In this document: positions 44,132 to 53,259 of the stretch, piece after piece | Position numbering within the stretch: the stretch's first letter is position 1 | Layout: the number at the start of each line of letters is the position of its first letter | Origin: Vicinamibacterales bacterium | GTDB lineage: Bacteria > Acidobacteriota > Vicinamibacteria > Vicinamibacterales > 2-12-FULL-66-21 | NCBI GenBank assembly: GCA_036257535.1 | Contig: DATAFJ010000070.1 | Span: 1,595-65,594, forward strand | Reading direction: 5' to 3' | DNA length: 64,000 bases | Made by a program: the position numbers and the translations under genes | Notes under the pieces: generated by a model | Seen by the model: the letters and a program-made list of their open reading frames with translations, nothing else | Databases searched by the model: none | What the model was told of the DNA's origin: nothing

Positions 44132-45894
44132 CGGTTCGGGAGCGCCTCCGGCGCGCCGGACAGTAGCACGCGAAGGGAGACGCGGCGATTGCGCTGCTTG
44201 TCGGTCTCGGTCGGGCCGGTCGTCAACGGCTCGGCACTGCCGACGCCGGTCGACGCGAGGTCGATCTGCTGCAGGCGCTCGACCTGGAGCGCCGCTCGAA
44301 CACGCTCGGCGCGCCGTGCGCTTAGCGGGACATTCGATTGCGGCGGCCCGTCGGCATCCGCATGCCCCCGGATCTCGAGCACGAGGCGGCGTCCGGACGC
44401 TTTCGCGAGCGCATCGAGAAAGTGAACGTCCTGCCGGCACGCGGCGAGCGCTTGATCGCCGTCCGGAGGAAGCTGCGTCGTACCCTTTATGAAGAGCAGG
44501 CGCGCTGCCTCGAGGCGCTGCGTAACTGCAGCAATCTCCGAATTGATTAAGCTCGCCGCGTCGTAGCGCGTGACGCCGGGGATAGCGCGCGCGAGCGGAA
44601 GGCTCTCCACGATCCAGTCGGGGGACGCCGTGCCCGTCGCAGTGAGAACGCCGTCGGCAAATCGAAGCGTGACGCCGGACGGCGTCCGCAGGAGCTCACG
44701 AGCCCTTGCGAGCACGAACGGCGGCTCGAGCGCCTGATAGAGCTGCCAGGTGCCGGTAACGCTGGCATTTGAGAGCTGGTGAGACGCGAGGAGTGAGGCC
44801 GGATCGCGCGCGAGCGGATCCCGGAGGCCGCTCACGATGTACTTGCCTCCTTGACGGTCGGCAGACACGACGACGATGCCCGGCTCGGCCCGAAGCGTGT
44901 CGAGATAGGCGTCCCACCGCGCGCGCGCCCGGAGGATCGAGAACAGCCAGAGACCCGCCAGCAACAGCAAGCCGGCGGCGATAGCCCACAGCCACGGCGA
45001 CGTGCGCTTCCTCTCGCGGTGATACTGCACCTGCAGACATGTTTCGAGCAGCGGCCGTGCGGCTTCGAACGGGCCCGTGTCGCCGTCGAACGATCGCAGC
45101 GCGTCGCCGTGCTGACTGTGCACGCGCTCGATGACGTCCTGCAGGGCGGCGCGCAGCTCGCGTGGCGGGGTGCCTCGAATCACCGCGGCGAGAATCGCGT
45201 GCGGGCCCTGTTCAATCCAGACCGACAGCTCGCCAATCTGCAGTGTCTCCAGCGCCTCAGCCTCCGATACCCGGAAGGAATCGCGCGCAAAGTCACGGAT
45301 GGCCGTGAGCATGGCGGAGACCAAGTCGGCGTCGGGAACCGCCGCCGAGTCCGCTTTCAAGTGCAGCAGCAGCAGTCCCGACTGTCGATCTATCAGGAAG
45401 ACCTGTTCCACGCGGTAGACGAGCGTATTGAGGAGGACGACTTCCGCGAAGGATTTGCCGGTTCTGAGCGCCGTGATGCGCCACTGGACTGCGCGCCACG
45501 ACAGGCTGTGCTCGAGCGTCCGGTTGAGCGACTCGAGCATGCCGCTCAGGCTGGCCGCGATCGCCTTGCGAATCGCGGGCCCGATGACCGGGAACATCGC
45601 GTCGGCGAGCGGTTGGGGGTTCTTCCGGACGGAAGCGGTGATCGCTTCTTCTATCGTCGGCGCGAGCGCGCGCGTCAGCTGCGGATCGCGAGTGCGCAGC
45701 AGCACCGCCTCCGGCAATACCTGGCTGACCTCCCGGGCCTGGGTGAGCGGATCGTCCAATCGGGCTTGAAGCGTGCGCAGCTGCCGCTGTTCGGGTCCGA
45801 CGATGAGCGAACGCAGCTCGGTGAACGCCGCCGCCGGACCGTTTGGCTCGGGCGGCCGCCGGTCATCCGAGCGGGCGGCTGCCCGGTTAGCCAC
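44128..45894 (-). CDS. membrane protein: Roadblock/LC7-like cytoplasmic region, one TM, periplasmic OmpA/MotB-type C-terminal domain
   Basis: 588 aa with a GTG start. TM helix WLWAIAAGLLLLAGLWLFSIL. C-terminus LEIRGHADADG..NVPLSARRAERVRAAL..NRRVSLRV is OmpA_C-like. The Roadblock-like call for VEQVFLIDRQSGLLLLHLK..ILAAVIRG is inference. Confidence 0.7.
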   Translation of the reverse strand: MANRAAARSDDRRPPEPNGPAAAFTELRSLIVGPEQRQLRTLQARLDDPLTQAREVSQVLPEAVLLRTRDPQLTRALAPTIEEAITASVRKNPQPLADAMFPVIGPAIRKAIAASLSGMLESLNRTLEHSLSWRAVQWRITALRTGKSFAEVVLLNTLVYRVEQVFLIDRQSGLLLLHLKADSAAVPDADLVSAMLTAIRDFARDSFRVSEAEALETLQIGELSVWIEQGPHAILAAVIRGTPPRELRAALQDVIERVHSQHGDALRSFDGDTGPFEAARPLLETCLQVQYHRERKRTSPWLWAIAAGLLLLAGLWLFSILRARARWDAYLDTLRAEPGIVVVSADRQGGKYIVSGLRDPLARDPASLLASHQLSNASVTGTWQLYQALEPPFVLARARELLRTPSGVTLRFADGVLTATGTASPDWIVESLPLARAIPGVTRYDAASLINSEIAAVTQRLEAARLLFIKGTTQLPPDGDQALAACRQDVHFLDALAKASGRRLVLEIRGHADADGPPQSNVPLSARRAERVRAALQVERLQQIDLASTGVGSAEPLTTGPTETDKQRNRRVSLRVLLSGAPEALPNR

Positions 45895-46477
45895 GGCCGG
45901 CGTCTGTCGGCGCCGGGACCCGGAGGTCGTCGGTCAACCGCATGGCCATGTCGTTGAGCAGCGCCGCCAGCGTCGCGCGGTCAGCCTTGTCGGTCCGGAG
46001 TTCCTGCGATTCCCGGACGAGCCGCGCAACGATGTCGTCCGCCTGCTGCCGGAGGTCGTCCGTCAACCGCTGGCCCTGTTCGTGGAGCTGCTGCCGGACA
46101 TCGCGCAGGCCGCGCGCCATCTGGTCGTCGAGCTGACCGCATTTCTGCTCGAACGCTCGCGCGGTCTCCTCGATCTGACGCGACAGATCCTGCACCGTCT
46201 TCGAGCGCTCGTCCTGTTCTCCTTTGAGTCGGTCGCTGAGCGCCTCGATTTCGGTGCGAATGAGCTGTTCGATAGATGCCAGCCGCTTCCTGACGTCCTC
46301 ACGGACATCGGCGGTTTCTTTCGAGAGCCGTTCTTCCAGGCGCGCGAACTTGCGTTCGTAATCACGCATCTGGACGCCGAACAGCAAGTCGCGGACCTTT
46401 TCGAGGCTGGCGCCGCTGTCCACATCCTGCGTCCGGGTTTGTGCCTCAGTGGTGTGAGTATCGATGGAGGTCGTCAT
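45887..46477 (-). CDS. coiled-coil protein
   Basis: Start trimmed to the ATG at 46477 (GGAGGA 8 nt upstream). 196 aa, almost entirely heptad-like charged helix (ERKFARLEERLSKETADVREDVRKRLASIEQLIRTEIEALSDRLK...). Confidence 0.65.
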   Translation of the reverse strand: MTTSIDTHTTEAQTRTQDVDSGASLEKVRDLLFGVQMRDYERKFARLEERLSKETADVREDVRKRLASIEQLIRTEIEALSDRLKGEQDERSKTVQDLSRQIEETARAFEQKCGQLDDQMARGLRDVRQQLHEQGQRLTDDLRQQADDIVARLVRESQELRTDKADRATLAALLNDMAMRLTDDLRVPAPTDAGRG

Positions 46478-46550
46478 GACGCATGTCCTCCGTGCTGCCA
46501 TTTAGATTGGGGGAAGGGAGCGTACCACAAATCGACCCCGCGCCAGATGC

Positions 46551-47456
46551 CTATCCCGTCGGGGGCCGGTAGTCCATCTCGCCTGCCTGAATAGCGATCG
46601 GCAGCCGGTTTTGCGGGGACGGCAGGGGGCAGGTGGTATGAGGGTTGAACGCGCAGGGGGGGTTATACGCACGGTTGAAGTCGATGAGGACCTTCAGGTC
46701 CGCCCCGGGGGCGTCGGCATAGACGAAGCGCGCGGCGCTGTATGTCTCCCTGCCGCTCGTTTGGTCGCGGAAGATGAACCAGTACCGGCCGCGCGACGAC
46801 AGGACCGGCTCCATCTTGACCTCACGGCCATGGAGAGTGAAGGCAACCAGCCCGGGACTCTTGAACTCCTCGACGTCGCCAAGGATGTTCGGCAGCTCGA
46901 CGCGCTTCGGGGCGTTGTACGGTATCAGGCGCCCCTCGACGCGATACGCCGAATCAACGGGAAACCACTTGCAGCCGGTGAACTCGCGGCGGATCCGACT
47001 GTTGGTGTCGCGCAGGCGGATCGCCTGCCGCCGCCCGCTCGCGTGCACGAACAATGTGAGGCTGCCGATCACTACCCGATCCGGGCCACCCTCGACAGTA
47101 TCCGGCTTCAACGTCATCTCCCGCATCCGCTTGCCGTTGAGGGTCGCGGTCGAACCTTCCGCCAGCGTGACCGTCGTGACGCCGCCACGATGCTCGAACG
47201 TGCCCGCTTCGGCCGGACCGGAAGGAAGGACGATATCGTTCTTCGGATCGCTGCCGAACCGGCTCACGCCTTCCTGCAGGAAGAACAGCCCCGCCACCGT
47301 CAGGTAGCCATCGTCTGTCTTGAGCGCCGCCTCGCGCTCCTGCCGCCATTTCTCGATCGAGGCTGCGTAGTCGGGATCGGGTGGAGACTGCGCGGCGCAC
47401 GTCGCGACGAGCCCGATTGCAACGATCGACGCTCTAGAGATCGACATGGATGTCAC
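46551..47456 (-). CDS. DUF1684 domain-containing protein
   Basis: 301 aa. Track start 47456 is a GTG, and an alternative ATG at 47447 gives MSISRASIVAIGLVATCAAQ. WRQEREAALKTDDGYLTVAGLFFL and C-terminal NPPCAFNPHTTCPLPSPQNRL are typical of DUF1684. Confidence 0.75.
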   Translation of the reverse strand: MTSMSISRASIVAIGLVATCAAQSPPDPDYAASIEKWRQEREAALKTDDGYLTVAGLFFLQEGVSRFGSDPKNDIVLPSGPAEAGTFEHRGGVTTVTLAEGSTATLNGKRMREMTLKPDTVEGGPDRVVIGSLTLFVHASGRRQAIRLRDTNSRIRREFTGCKWFPVDSAYRVEGRLIPYNAPKRVELPNILGDVEEFKSPGLVAFTLHGREVKMEPVLSSRGRYWFIFRDQTSGRETYSAARFVYADAPGADLKVLIDFNRAYNPPCAFNPHTTCPLPSPQNRLPIAIQAGEMDYRPPTG

Positions 47457-49008
47457 GAAGCTTGAACCGTTGAATCTTTCCCGTCGCCGTCTTCGGCAGG
47501 TCGGGCACGAAGGCGACCCAACGCGGGCACTTGTACACCGCGATACGCATCTTGACGAACCGCTTCAACTCGTCGGCCAGATCCGGCGATCCGGCGCGTC
47601 CAGGCTTCAGCACGACGAACGCCAGCGGCTTGACGAGGCCGGCCGCATCTTCCCGTCCGACGACCCCGCATTCGAGCACGGCCTCGTGGGCGACGACGGC
47701 CGCTTCCACCTCGGCCGGCGAGACCCACTGTCCGCCGCTCTTCAGCATGTCATCCGACCGGCCGTGATACCAGAAGTATCCGTCCGCGTCCCGGCTGTAC
47801 TTGTCGCCCGTCCTGATCCAGCCGTCAGCGATCGTTGCCGCGGTTTTCTCCGGCTGGTTCCAGTAGCCCGCGCAGATCGACTCGCCTTTGATGAGGAGAT
47901 CGCCGATCTCTCCCGGTGCGATCTCGCCGCCATCCGAATTGACGATCTTCGCCTCGTATCCAGGGACGATCTCGCCGCTCGAGCCGGACCGTACGCGGCC
48001 GGGCCGATTGGCGATGAACGTGTGGAGAACCTCCGTCGAGCCGATCCCATCCAGGATCTCGACGCCGAATCGGGCTTTCCAGCGCTCGTAGAGTGCGGCC
48101 GGCAACGGCTCGCCGGCGGAGCTGCACAGGCGAAGACTGCTCAGGTCGTACTGCCGCTGGCTTCGTTCGGCGAGCGCCAGCATCGCTGCGTAAGCGGTCG
48201 GAACGCCGTAGAAGATCGTGGGGCGGTGACGTTCGATGATCTCGAAACATCGCTCCGGTTCGGGTTTGGCGTTGTAAAGGATCGTCGACGCGCCGACGCT
48301 GAACGGGAAGTACAGCGCATTGCCGAGGCCATACGCGAAGAAGAGCTTCGCGACCGAGAACGTCCGATCGTCCTCGGTGATGCCGAGAATGCCGCGGCCG
48401 AACGACTCGGCGCAGCAGGCCATGTGACTCTGCAGGTGGATCGCGCCTTTCGGAAAACCGGTTGTGCCGGACGAATACAGCCAGAAGGCGTGGTCGTCCC
48501 GGCTCATCTCCTCCGCGTCGAGATCCGGCGATGCGGCCTCGACGACATCGTCGAAGCTCAGATGCGGTCGCGCGGCGGTGCCGGCAACGATCACGTGTCG
48601 CAGGTTCGCTGGTCGCGAACTGAGCGACTCGACCGAACGCGCGAGCGATTCCTGGACGATGAGCACGCGCGCGCCGCTGTCCTGCAGCAGATACTCGTAG
48701 TCGTGCTGCTTGAGCAGCGTGTTGACCGGTACGGCTACGGCTCCGATCTTGATCGTGCCGAAGAAGGCGGCAACGAAAGCCGCGCCATCGGGCAGGATCA
48801 GCATCACGCGCTCGCCGCGCCGGACGCCGAGGTACCGCAGCGCATGGCCGGTGCGGTTGACGAGTTCGAGGACCTGCGCGTAGGTTAGCGTCGCGCCGGT
48901 GGCCGCATCGAGGACGGCGAGGGCCCCGGCCCGTCCGGCCCGGACGTTGTCGTCGACGAACACCGCCGCGGCGTTCATGCGATCGGCCGAGCGATCGTGC
49001 TGCGACAT
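47434..49008 (-). CDS. benzoate-CoA ligase family AMP-dependent ligase
   Basis: 524 aa. FWLYSSGTTGFPKGAIH, GWIRTGDKY and LPKTATGKIQRFKLR. Overall layout matches aromatic acid-CoA ligases. Substrate not assignable. Confidence 0.8.
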   Translation of the reverse strand: MSQHDRSADRMNAAAVFVDDNVRAGRAGALAVLDAATGATLTYAQVLELVNRTGHALRYLGVRRGERVMLILPDGAAFVAAFFGTIKIGAVAVPVNTLLKQHDYEYLLQDSGARVLIVQESLARSVESLSSRPANLRHVIVAGTAARPHLSFDDVVEAASPDLDAEEMSRDDHAFWLYSSGTTGFPKGAIHLQSHMACCAESFGRGILGITEDDRTFSVAKLFFAYGLGNALYFPFSVGASTILYNAKPEPERCFEIIERHRPTIFYGVPTAYAAMLALAERSQRQYDLSSLRLCSSAGEPLPAALYERWKARFGVEILDGIGSTEVLHTFIANRPGRVRSGSSGEIVPGYEAKIVNSDGGEIAPGEIGDLLIKGESICAGYWNQPEKTAATIADGWIRTGDKYSRDADGYFWYHGRSDDMLKSGGQWVSPAEVEAAVVAHEAVLECGVVGREDAAGLVKPLAFVVLKPGRAGSPDLADELKRFVKMRIAVYKCPRWVAFVPDLPKTATGKIQRFKLRDIHVDL

Positions 49009-49028
49009 CGACGGGTCCAGCCATTATA

Positions 49029-49592
49029 TTGGCGAGCCGTCTGCCGGAGCCGGGAGCCATGTGGTTTCTTCCACGAACCGTCGGCACCGCGCCCGTTCGG
49101 GCCCAGCCGGAGGCGTTCGTCCGGTCATTCGCCCGGAGAATTGAAACCGGCTTGCTTGGCCCGCGGCGATCCCGATACGCGATCAGCAGGCAGGAACGCC
49201 ATGGGCTGGCTTTTCGCGCCGCCGACTGGCCGACGGCGCTCAGCGTCGGCCTTAACGACGTCGAGTTGACGGTCGCGGCAGGGCACGCCCGCTATTCGAT
49301 TCAGTACTGGCGCTGGGCGGCGTACGGTGTCGCCCTAAGCGCGGCGATTGGCGTCGGGCTGGCCGTCCTGTTCCTGGCTCTCGATGTTCGCGAATACGTC
49401 GACCGGGATCTGTTGTGGATGATTCCGGGCCTCACCACGGACCAGAACGTCGCTATTGCGTGGTCGATGGTTGTCTTCTGGGGGTTCATGTGGCCCTGGA
49501 TCCTCGTCGGTCTCCATAAGCGCTCGCTTCGACAGCTGATGGAGCGGCTCATCAGCGAGGTGGATGAGAGCGCTCGAGCAGGGCAGGTATAG
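49029..49592 (+). CDS. hypothetical membrane protein
   Basis: 187 aa. Track start is a TTG, with an alternative ATG at 49059. Two or three C-terminal TM helices (YGVALSAAIGVGLAVLFLAL, VAIAWSMVVFWGFMWPWILVGL). No family recognised. Confidence 0.45.
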   Translation: MASRLPEPGAMWFLPRTVGTAPVRAQPEAFVRSFARRIETGLLGPRRSRYAISRQERHGLAFRAADWPTALSVGLNDVELTVAAGHARYSIQYWRWAAYGVALSAAIGVGLAVLFLALDVREYVDRDLLWMIPGLTTDQNVAIAWSMVVFWGFMWPWILVGLHKRSLRQLMERLISEVDESARAGQV

Positions 49593-49598
49593 CGCGGC

Positions 49599-51236
49599 CT
49601 ACTCGTCGAACTTCTGTCCCTCGAAGACCGTCCGGCCACCGACCATCGTCATCAGCACCGTCAGATTCTCGATCTGATCGTCCGGGCACGTCATGATGTC
49701 GCCGGACAGGACGACGAGATCGGCATACTTGCCGGGCTCGATCGATCCTTTCACGCCTTCCTCGAACGAGAGCCACGCGTTTCCGATCGTGCTCGCACGC
49801 AGCGCCTGCTCGCGGCTGATCGCCTGGTCGACGCCCATGACGGCGCCGCTCAGCGTTCGGCGGGTGACGAAGTGCGCGATGACGGCGAGGGGCCGGTAAG
49901 GAACGACAGGGGAGTCCGTGCCGGCGCTCGTCGGCAGGCCTGCCTCGAAGAACGCGCGCATCGGCGTCGCCCGTTCGCCCCGCTCGGCTCCCCAGTACTT
50001 CGTCAGGACGGGTCCGGCGAGATACAGGTGATTCTGGGCGGAGATGCCGAGGCCGAGCTTTCGCATTCGCGCAAAGTGATCAGGCCGTGCGATGAACGCG
50101 TGCTCGATGCCCCAGCGCCTGCTCGAGATTGGGTTGTCGGCGTCGGCCGCTTCATAGCCGGCGAGCACTTCGTCGATGGCGGCGTCGCCGACGGCGTGCG
50201 TCCACACGCGCCACCCGAGGCGATTCAGCTCGCGGACGCGTGACGTAAAGGCGACCGCCGGCATCGTGTTCAGGCCGCGGTAATGCCCTGCTTCACCCCA
50301 GGGCTCCGCGTACGGATCGCGCATCCACCCGCCCTCGAATCCGCCGTCCACGCCGAGCTTGATTCCGCCCACGCGAAGGCGGTCGTCGCCGTCGTCGGGC
50401 CTGACGTCAGACTGCTCGAGGGCGGCAGGCCGAAACAGAAACACGACGCGCATGTCGAGCCGCCCGCGCTTCTCGATCTCCTGCAGCAACCGGTACTGCT
50501 CGATCGATCCGCCCGGGTGCCGGACCGTCGTCAGACCCGAGGCGTGCAGCTTCTGATACTCGGCGATCTGATCTTCGAGCCGTTGTTCGAAGGAACGAGA
50601 AGCCGGAGGAGGCAGTGTGACGGCATCCCTGGCACGATCCACCAGCTCGCCATTGAGCTCGCCATCGTCGTACCTGCCGATGCGGCCGCCGTCGGTTTGC
50701 GGCGTCGTCTTCGTGATGTTCCAGCGCGCGAGCGCGGCGCTGTTCAGGATGTATTCGTGGCCGCCGCGGACAACGACGACGGGATGGTCGGGGACGACAG
50801 AATCAAGGTCGCGCAGGAGAGGCAGGCGCTGTTCCTTCAATTGACCTTCGTGCCAGTCGCTGTTGGTGACGATCAGTTCACCCGCCGCGGCCTTACGGGC
50901 GCGACCGGCGATCGCAGAGAGGAGCTGCCGAAGCGTACGCGCTCCGGACAGGTCGACGCCTGGTCCGCCGCCCGCGCTGTGAAGATGATTGTCGGAAAGG
51001 CCGGGGATGACGGTCCGGCCGCGGAGATCGATCTGCTTCGTGTTCGAGCCGGCGAGGCGACGGACGTCGGCATCCGAGCCGACCGCGACGAAGCGGCCGT
51101 CCCGGATCGCCACGGCTTGCGCATAGGTGAACGCGCCGTCGACCGTCACGATCTTGCCGTTGAAGAGGATGAGGGCAGGCTCCTCAGCGGTTGCTGCAAG
51201 AGCGGCGACAGAGACGATCAGGCTGATCAGCCGCAT
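49599..51236 (-). CDS. amidohydrolase family (Amidohydro_3) metal-dependent hydrolase
   Basis: Track start 51257 is a GTG. The ATG at 51236 gives signal-like MRLISLIVSVAALAATA. Motifs are GLSDNHLHS (HxH) and a distal GTDSPV. Confidence 0.8.
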   Translation of the reverse strand: MRLISLIVSVAALAATAEEPALILFNGKIVTVDGAFTYAQAVAIRDGRFVAVGSDADVRRLAGSNTKQIDLRGRTVIPGLSDNHLHSAGGGPGVDLSGARTLRQLLSAIAGRARKAAAGELIVTNSDWHEGQLKEQRLPLLRDLDSVVPDHPVVVVRGGHEYILNSAALARWNITKTTPQTDGGRIGRYDDGELNGELVDRARDAVTLPPPASRSFEQRLEDQIAEYQKLHASGLTTVRHPGGSIEQYRLLQEIEKRGRLDMRVVFLFRPAALEQSDVRPDDGDDRLRVGGIKLGVDGGFEGGWMRDPYAEPWGEAGHYRGLNTMPAVAFTSRVRELNRLGWRVWTHAVGDAAIDEVLAGYEAADADNPISSRRWGIEHAFIARPDHFARMRKLGLGISAQNHLYLAGPVLTKYWGAERGERATPMRAFFEAGLPTSAGTDSPVVPYRPLAVIAHFVTRRTLSGAVMGVDQAISREQALRASTIGNAWLSFEEGVKGSIEPGKYADLVVLSGDIMTCPDDQIENLTVLMTMVGGRTVFEGQKFDE

Positions 51237-51293
51237 GCGCACGCGCGCATGGTACACCGGCTGACGCGATTCGACGTGCTAGGATGCCAGGGC

Positions 51294-52496
51294 ATGTCGC
51301 CCGCCATCTATCGCGTCCGCCGATTCCGTCATGCGGCAGCGCTCGTGCTTCTCCTCGCCGCAGCGCCCAACGCCGCCGTGCAGGACGGCGCTCCCGCGCT
51401 CATTGCTCGCATCGAAGCGCGGCAGTCGCCCAACCGGCAGGGACTCGATCCCTACACGATCCCGGAGTTGATGGAGAAGTTCCGAGTCGCCGGCATGTCG
51501 ATCGCCGTGATCAAAGACTCGCAGATTCATTGGGCGAAGGCTTACGGCGTCGCCGACGTCGACAGCGGCCGTCCGGTCGAGCCCGGCACGATGTTCCAGG
51601 CCGCGTCGATCAGCAAGCCGGTTACCGCGATGGCGGTCCTGAAGGCGGCGCAGGACGGGAAGCTGTCGATCGACGCCGACGTCAACCAGACCCTGAAGTC
51701 GTGGAAGATTCCTCAGAGCGACCTGAACAACACGACTCCGGTGACGCTGCGGTCGCTCCTCAGCCACACGTCAGGGGCAGACGATGGGTTCGGATTTCCC
51801 GGATACCATCCGTCCGGCCCTTGGCCGACGGTGCCGCAGGTCCTGGCTGGCGAGAAGCCGTCGAACGTCGGCCCGGTGATCTTCGCGCGTCCGCCGTTTT
51901 CCGCCTTCAAGTATTCCGGCGGCGGATTCACGATCGTGCAGCTGGCCCTGATGGATCTCGCGGGTAAGCCGTTCGCCGACGTGCTGCAGGCGAGCGTTCT
52001 CGGCCCGCTCGAGATGAAAGACAGCACTTACGAGCAGCCGCTGCCGCAGTCACGCGAGGGGAGAGCGGCACACGCCCACAGCGGACAGGGCCGGGCGATG
52101 GACGCGCCGTGGCACGTCTATCCCGAGCAGGCGGCCGCCGGGCTCTGGACGACGCCGAGCGATCTGGCGCGATTCGCGATTGAGGTCCAGCGCGCGCTCG
52201 CCGGTCCGAAAGGACGGGTGCTCACGCAGGCGATGGCGCGTGAGATGATCACGCCGACCGGCGTCGGCGGCTTCGCCGTGGGGCTGGGCGTGGACAAGCG
52301 CAACGAAGGGTGGTACTTCAGCCATGGCGGCAGCAACTGGGGCTTTCGCTGCAACCTCATCGCACACGTCCGGAAGGGGTACGGCCTCGTGGTCATGACC
52401 AACAGCGACAGCGGCGGTGTCTTGCTCGGTGAGATCGAGGCGCGGGTCGCAGCGGCGTACGGCTGGGATTCGCTCGACAAACCGATTCCACGCTAA
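51294..52496 (+). CDS. serine hydrolase, beta-lactamase/transpeptidase-like family
   Basis: The real gene is the C-terminal 400 aa of the 737-aa track ORF, with ATG verified at 51294. Signal peptide present, SxxK motif in FQAASISKPVTA. Confidence 0.8.
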   Translation: MSPAIYRVRRFRHAAALVLLLAAAPNAAVQDGAPALIARIEARQSPNRQGLDPYTIPELMEKFRVAGMSIAVIKDSQIHWAKAYGVADVDSGRPVEPGTMFQAASISKPVTAMAVLKAAQDGKLSIDADVNQTLKSWKIPQSDLNNTTPVTLRSLLSHTSGADDGFGFPGYHPSGPWPTVPQVLAGEKPSNVGPVIFARPPFSAFKYSGGGFTIVQLALMDLAGKPFADVLQASVLGPLEMKDSTYEQPLPQSREGRAAHAHSGQGRAMDAPWHVYPEQAAAGLWTTPSDLARFAIEVQRALAGPKGRVLTQAMAREMITPTGVGGFAVGLGVDKRNEGWYFSHGGSNWGFRCNLIAHVRKGYGLVVMTNSDSGGVLLGEIEARVAAAYGWDSLDKPIPR

Positions 52497-52504
52497 GGGG
52501 CAGA

Positions 52505-52885
52505 ATGCTCGAACTGTTCTGGGAGCTGTATCAGCAGCGGCAAATTGGAAACGTGCGTGAGACGGCCGGTAATGCGATGGCGCACGCAGAGGCCATGAGG
52601 ATTACTGCGGCGCGGGAGACCGGCAAGACGGACGAGCGCGTCGACAAGCTCGTGCTCATGGTCCACGCCATGTGGACGCTCCTCTCCGAGAAGACCGGCC
52701 TGACCGACGCTGAACTGCTCAAGCGCGTCACCGACCTCGATGCGCAGGACGGGACGATCGACGGACGCATCACCCGGCCGCCGGTTCGCTGCTCGAAGTG
52801 CGACGCCGTGGTGTGTCGGAAGTTCAGCCGATGTCTGTTCTGCGGCGAGGAGTACACCGGCGGAAGTGCATTCGAGACTCTTTAG
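52505..52885 (+). CDS. hypothetical protein with C-terminal Cys4 zinc ribbon
   Basis: 126 aa. Helical N-terminal part, then CSKCDAVVC..CLFCG (CxxC-x13-CxxC). No family recognised. Confidence 0.5.
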   Translation: MLELFWELYQQRQIGNVRETAGNAMAHAEAMRITAARETGKTDERVDKLVLMVHAMWTLLSEKTGLTDAELLKRVTDLDAQDGTIDGRITRPPVRCSKCDAVVCRKFSRCLFCGEEYTGGSAFETL

Positions 52886-52944
52886 GTAATTACTGGTACA
52901 CTGTCGCGGTTTAATTACACGGTTGACGGAGCAAAGGAGCTCAG

Positions 52945-53205
52945 ATGGCCAAGAGAAAGGCAAATGCCGCGTTCATGAAGCCGGTGCAACCGACCGGAGC
53001 GCTGACCGACGTCGTCGGCGACAAGCCGATCCCGCGGACCGAGGTCACGAAGCGGCTGTGGGTCTACATCAAGAAGCACAAGCTTCAGGACGCGAAGAAC
53101 AAGCGGATGATCAAGGCGGACGACACGCTCAAGTCCGTGTTTGGCGGCAAGTCGACCGTCAACATGTTCGAGATGACGAAGCTCGTAGGCAAGCACCTGA
53201 AGTAG
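52945..53205 (+). CDS. SWIB/MDM2 domain protein
   Basis: 86 aa with AAAGGAG SD. PRTEVTKRLWVYIKKHKLQDAKNKRMIKADDTLKSVFGGK..NMFEMTKLVGKHL matches the SWIB domain. Confidence 0.85.
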   Translation: MAKRKANAAFMKPVQPTGALTDVVGDKPIPRTEVTKRLWVYIKKHKLQDAKNKRMIKADDTLKSVFGGKSTVNMFEMTKLVGKHLK

Positions 53206-53244
53206 ATCTTGTGATTTCGTGATCTCGCGATCTGGCGATCTGCC
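53205..53244. repeat. five tandem octamers GATCTNNN
   Basis: GATCTTGT GATTTCGT GATCTCGC GATCTGGC GATCTGCC, directly after the SWIB stop and between convergent genes. Four GATC sites within 40 nt. Confidence 0.8.
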
Positions 53245-53259
53245 GGTCGGGTGACCGCT

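Noticed and set aside
53205-53244. GATC cluster considered as a replication-origin or SeqA/Dam control region.
   Set aside because: There are no DnaA boxes, no dnaA/dnaN context and no AT-rich unwinding element. The site lies between two convergent small genes, and GATC is frequent throughout this sequence.
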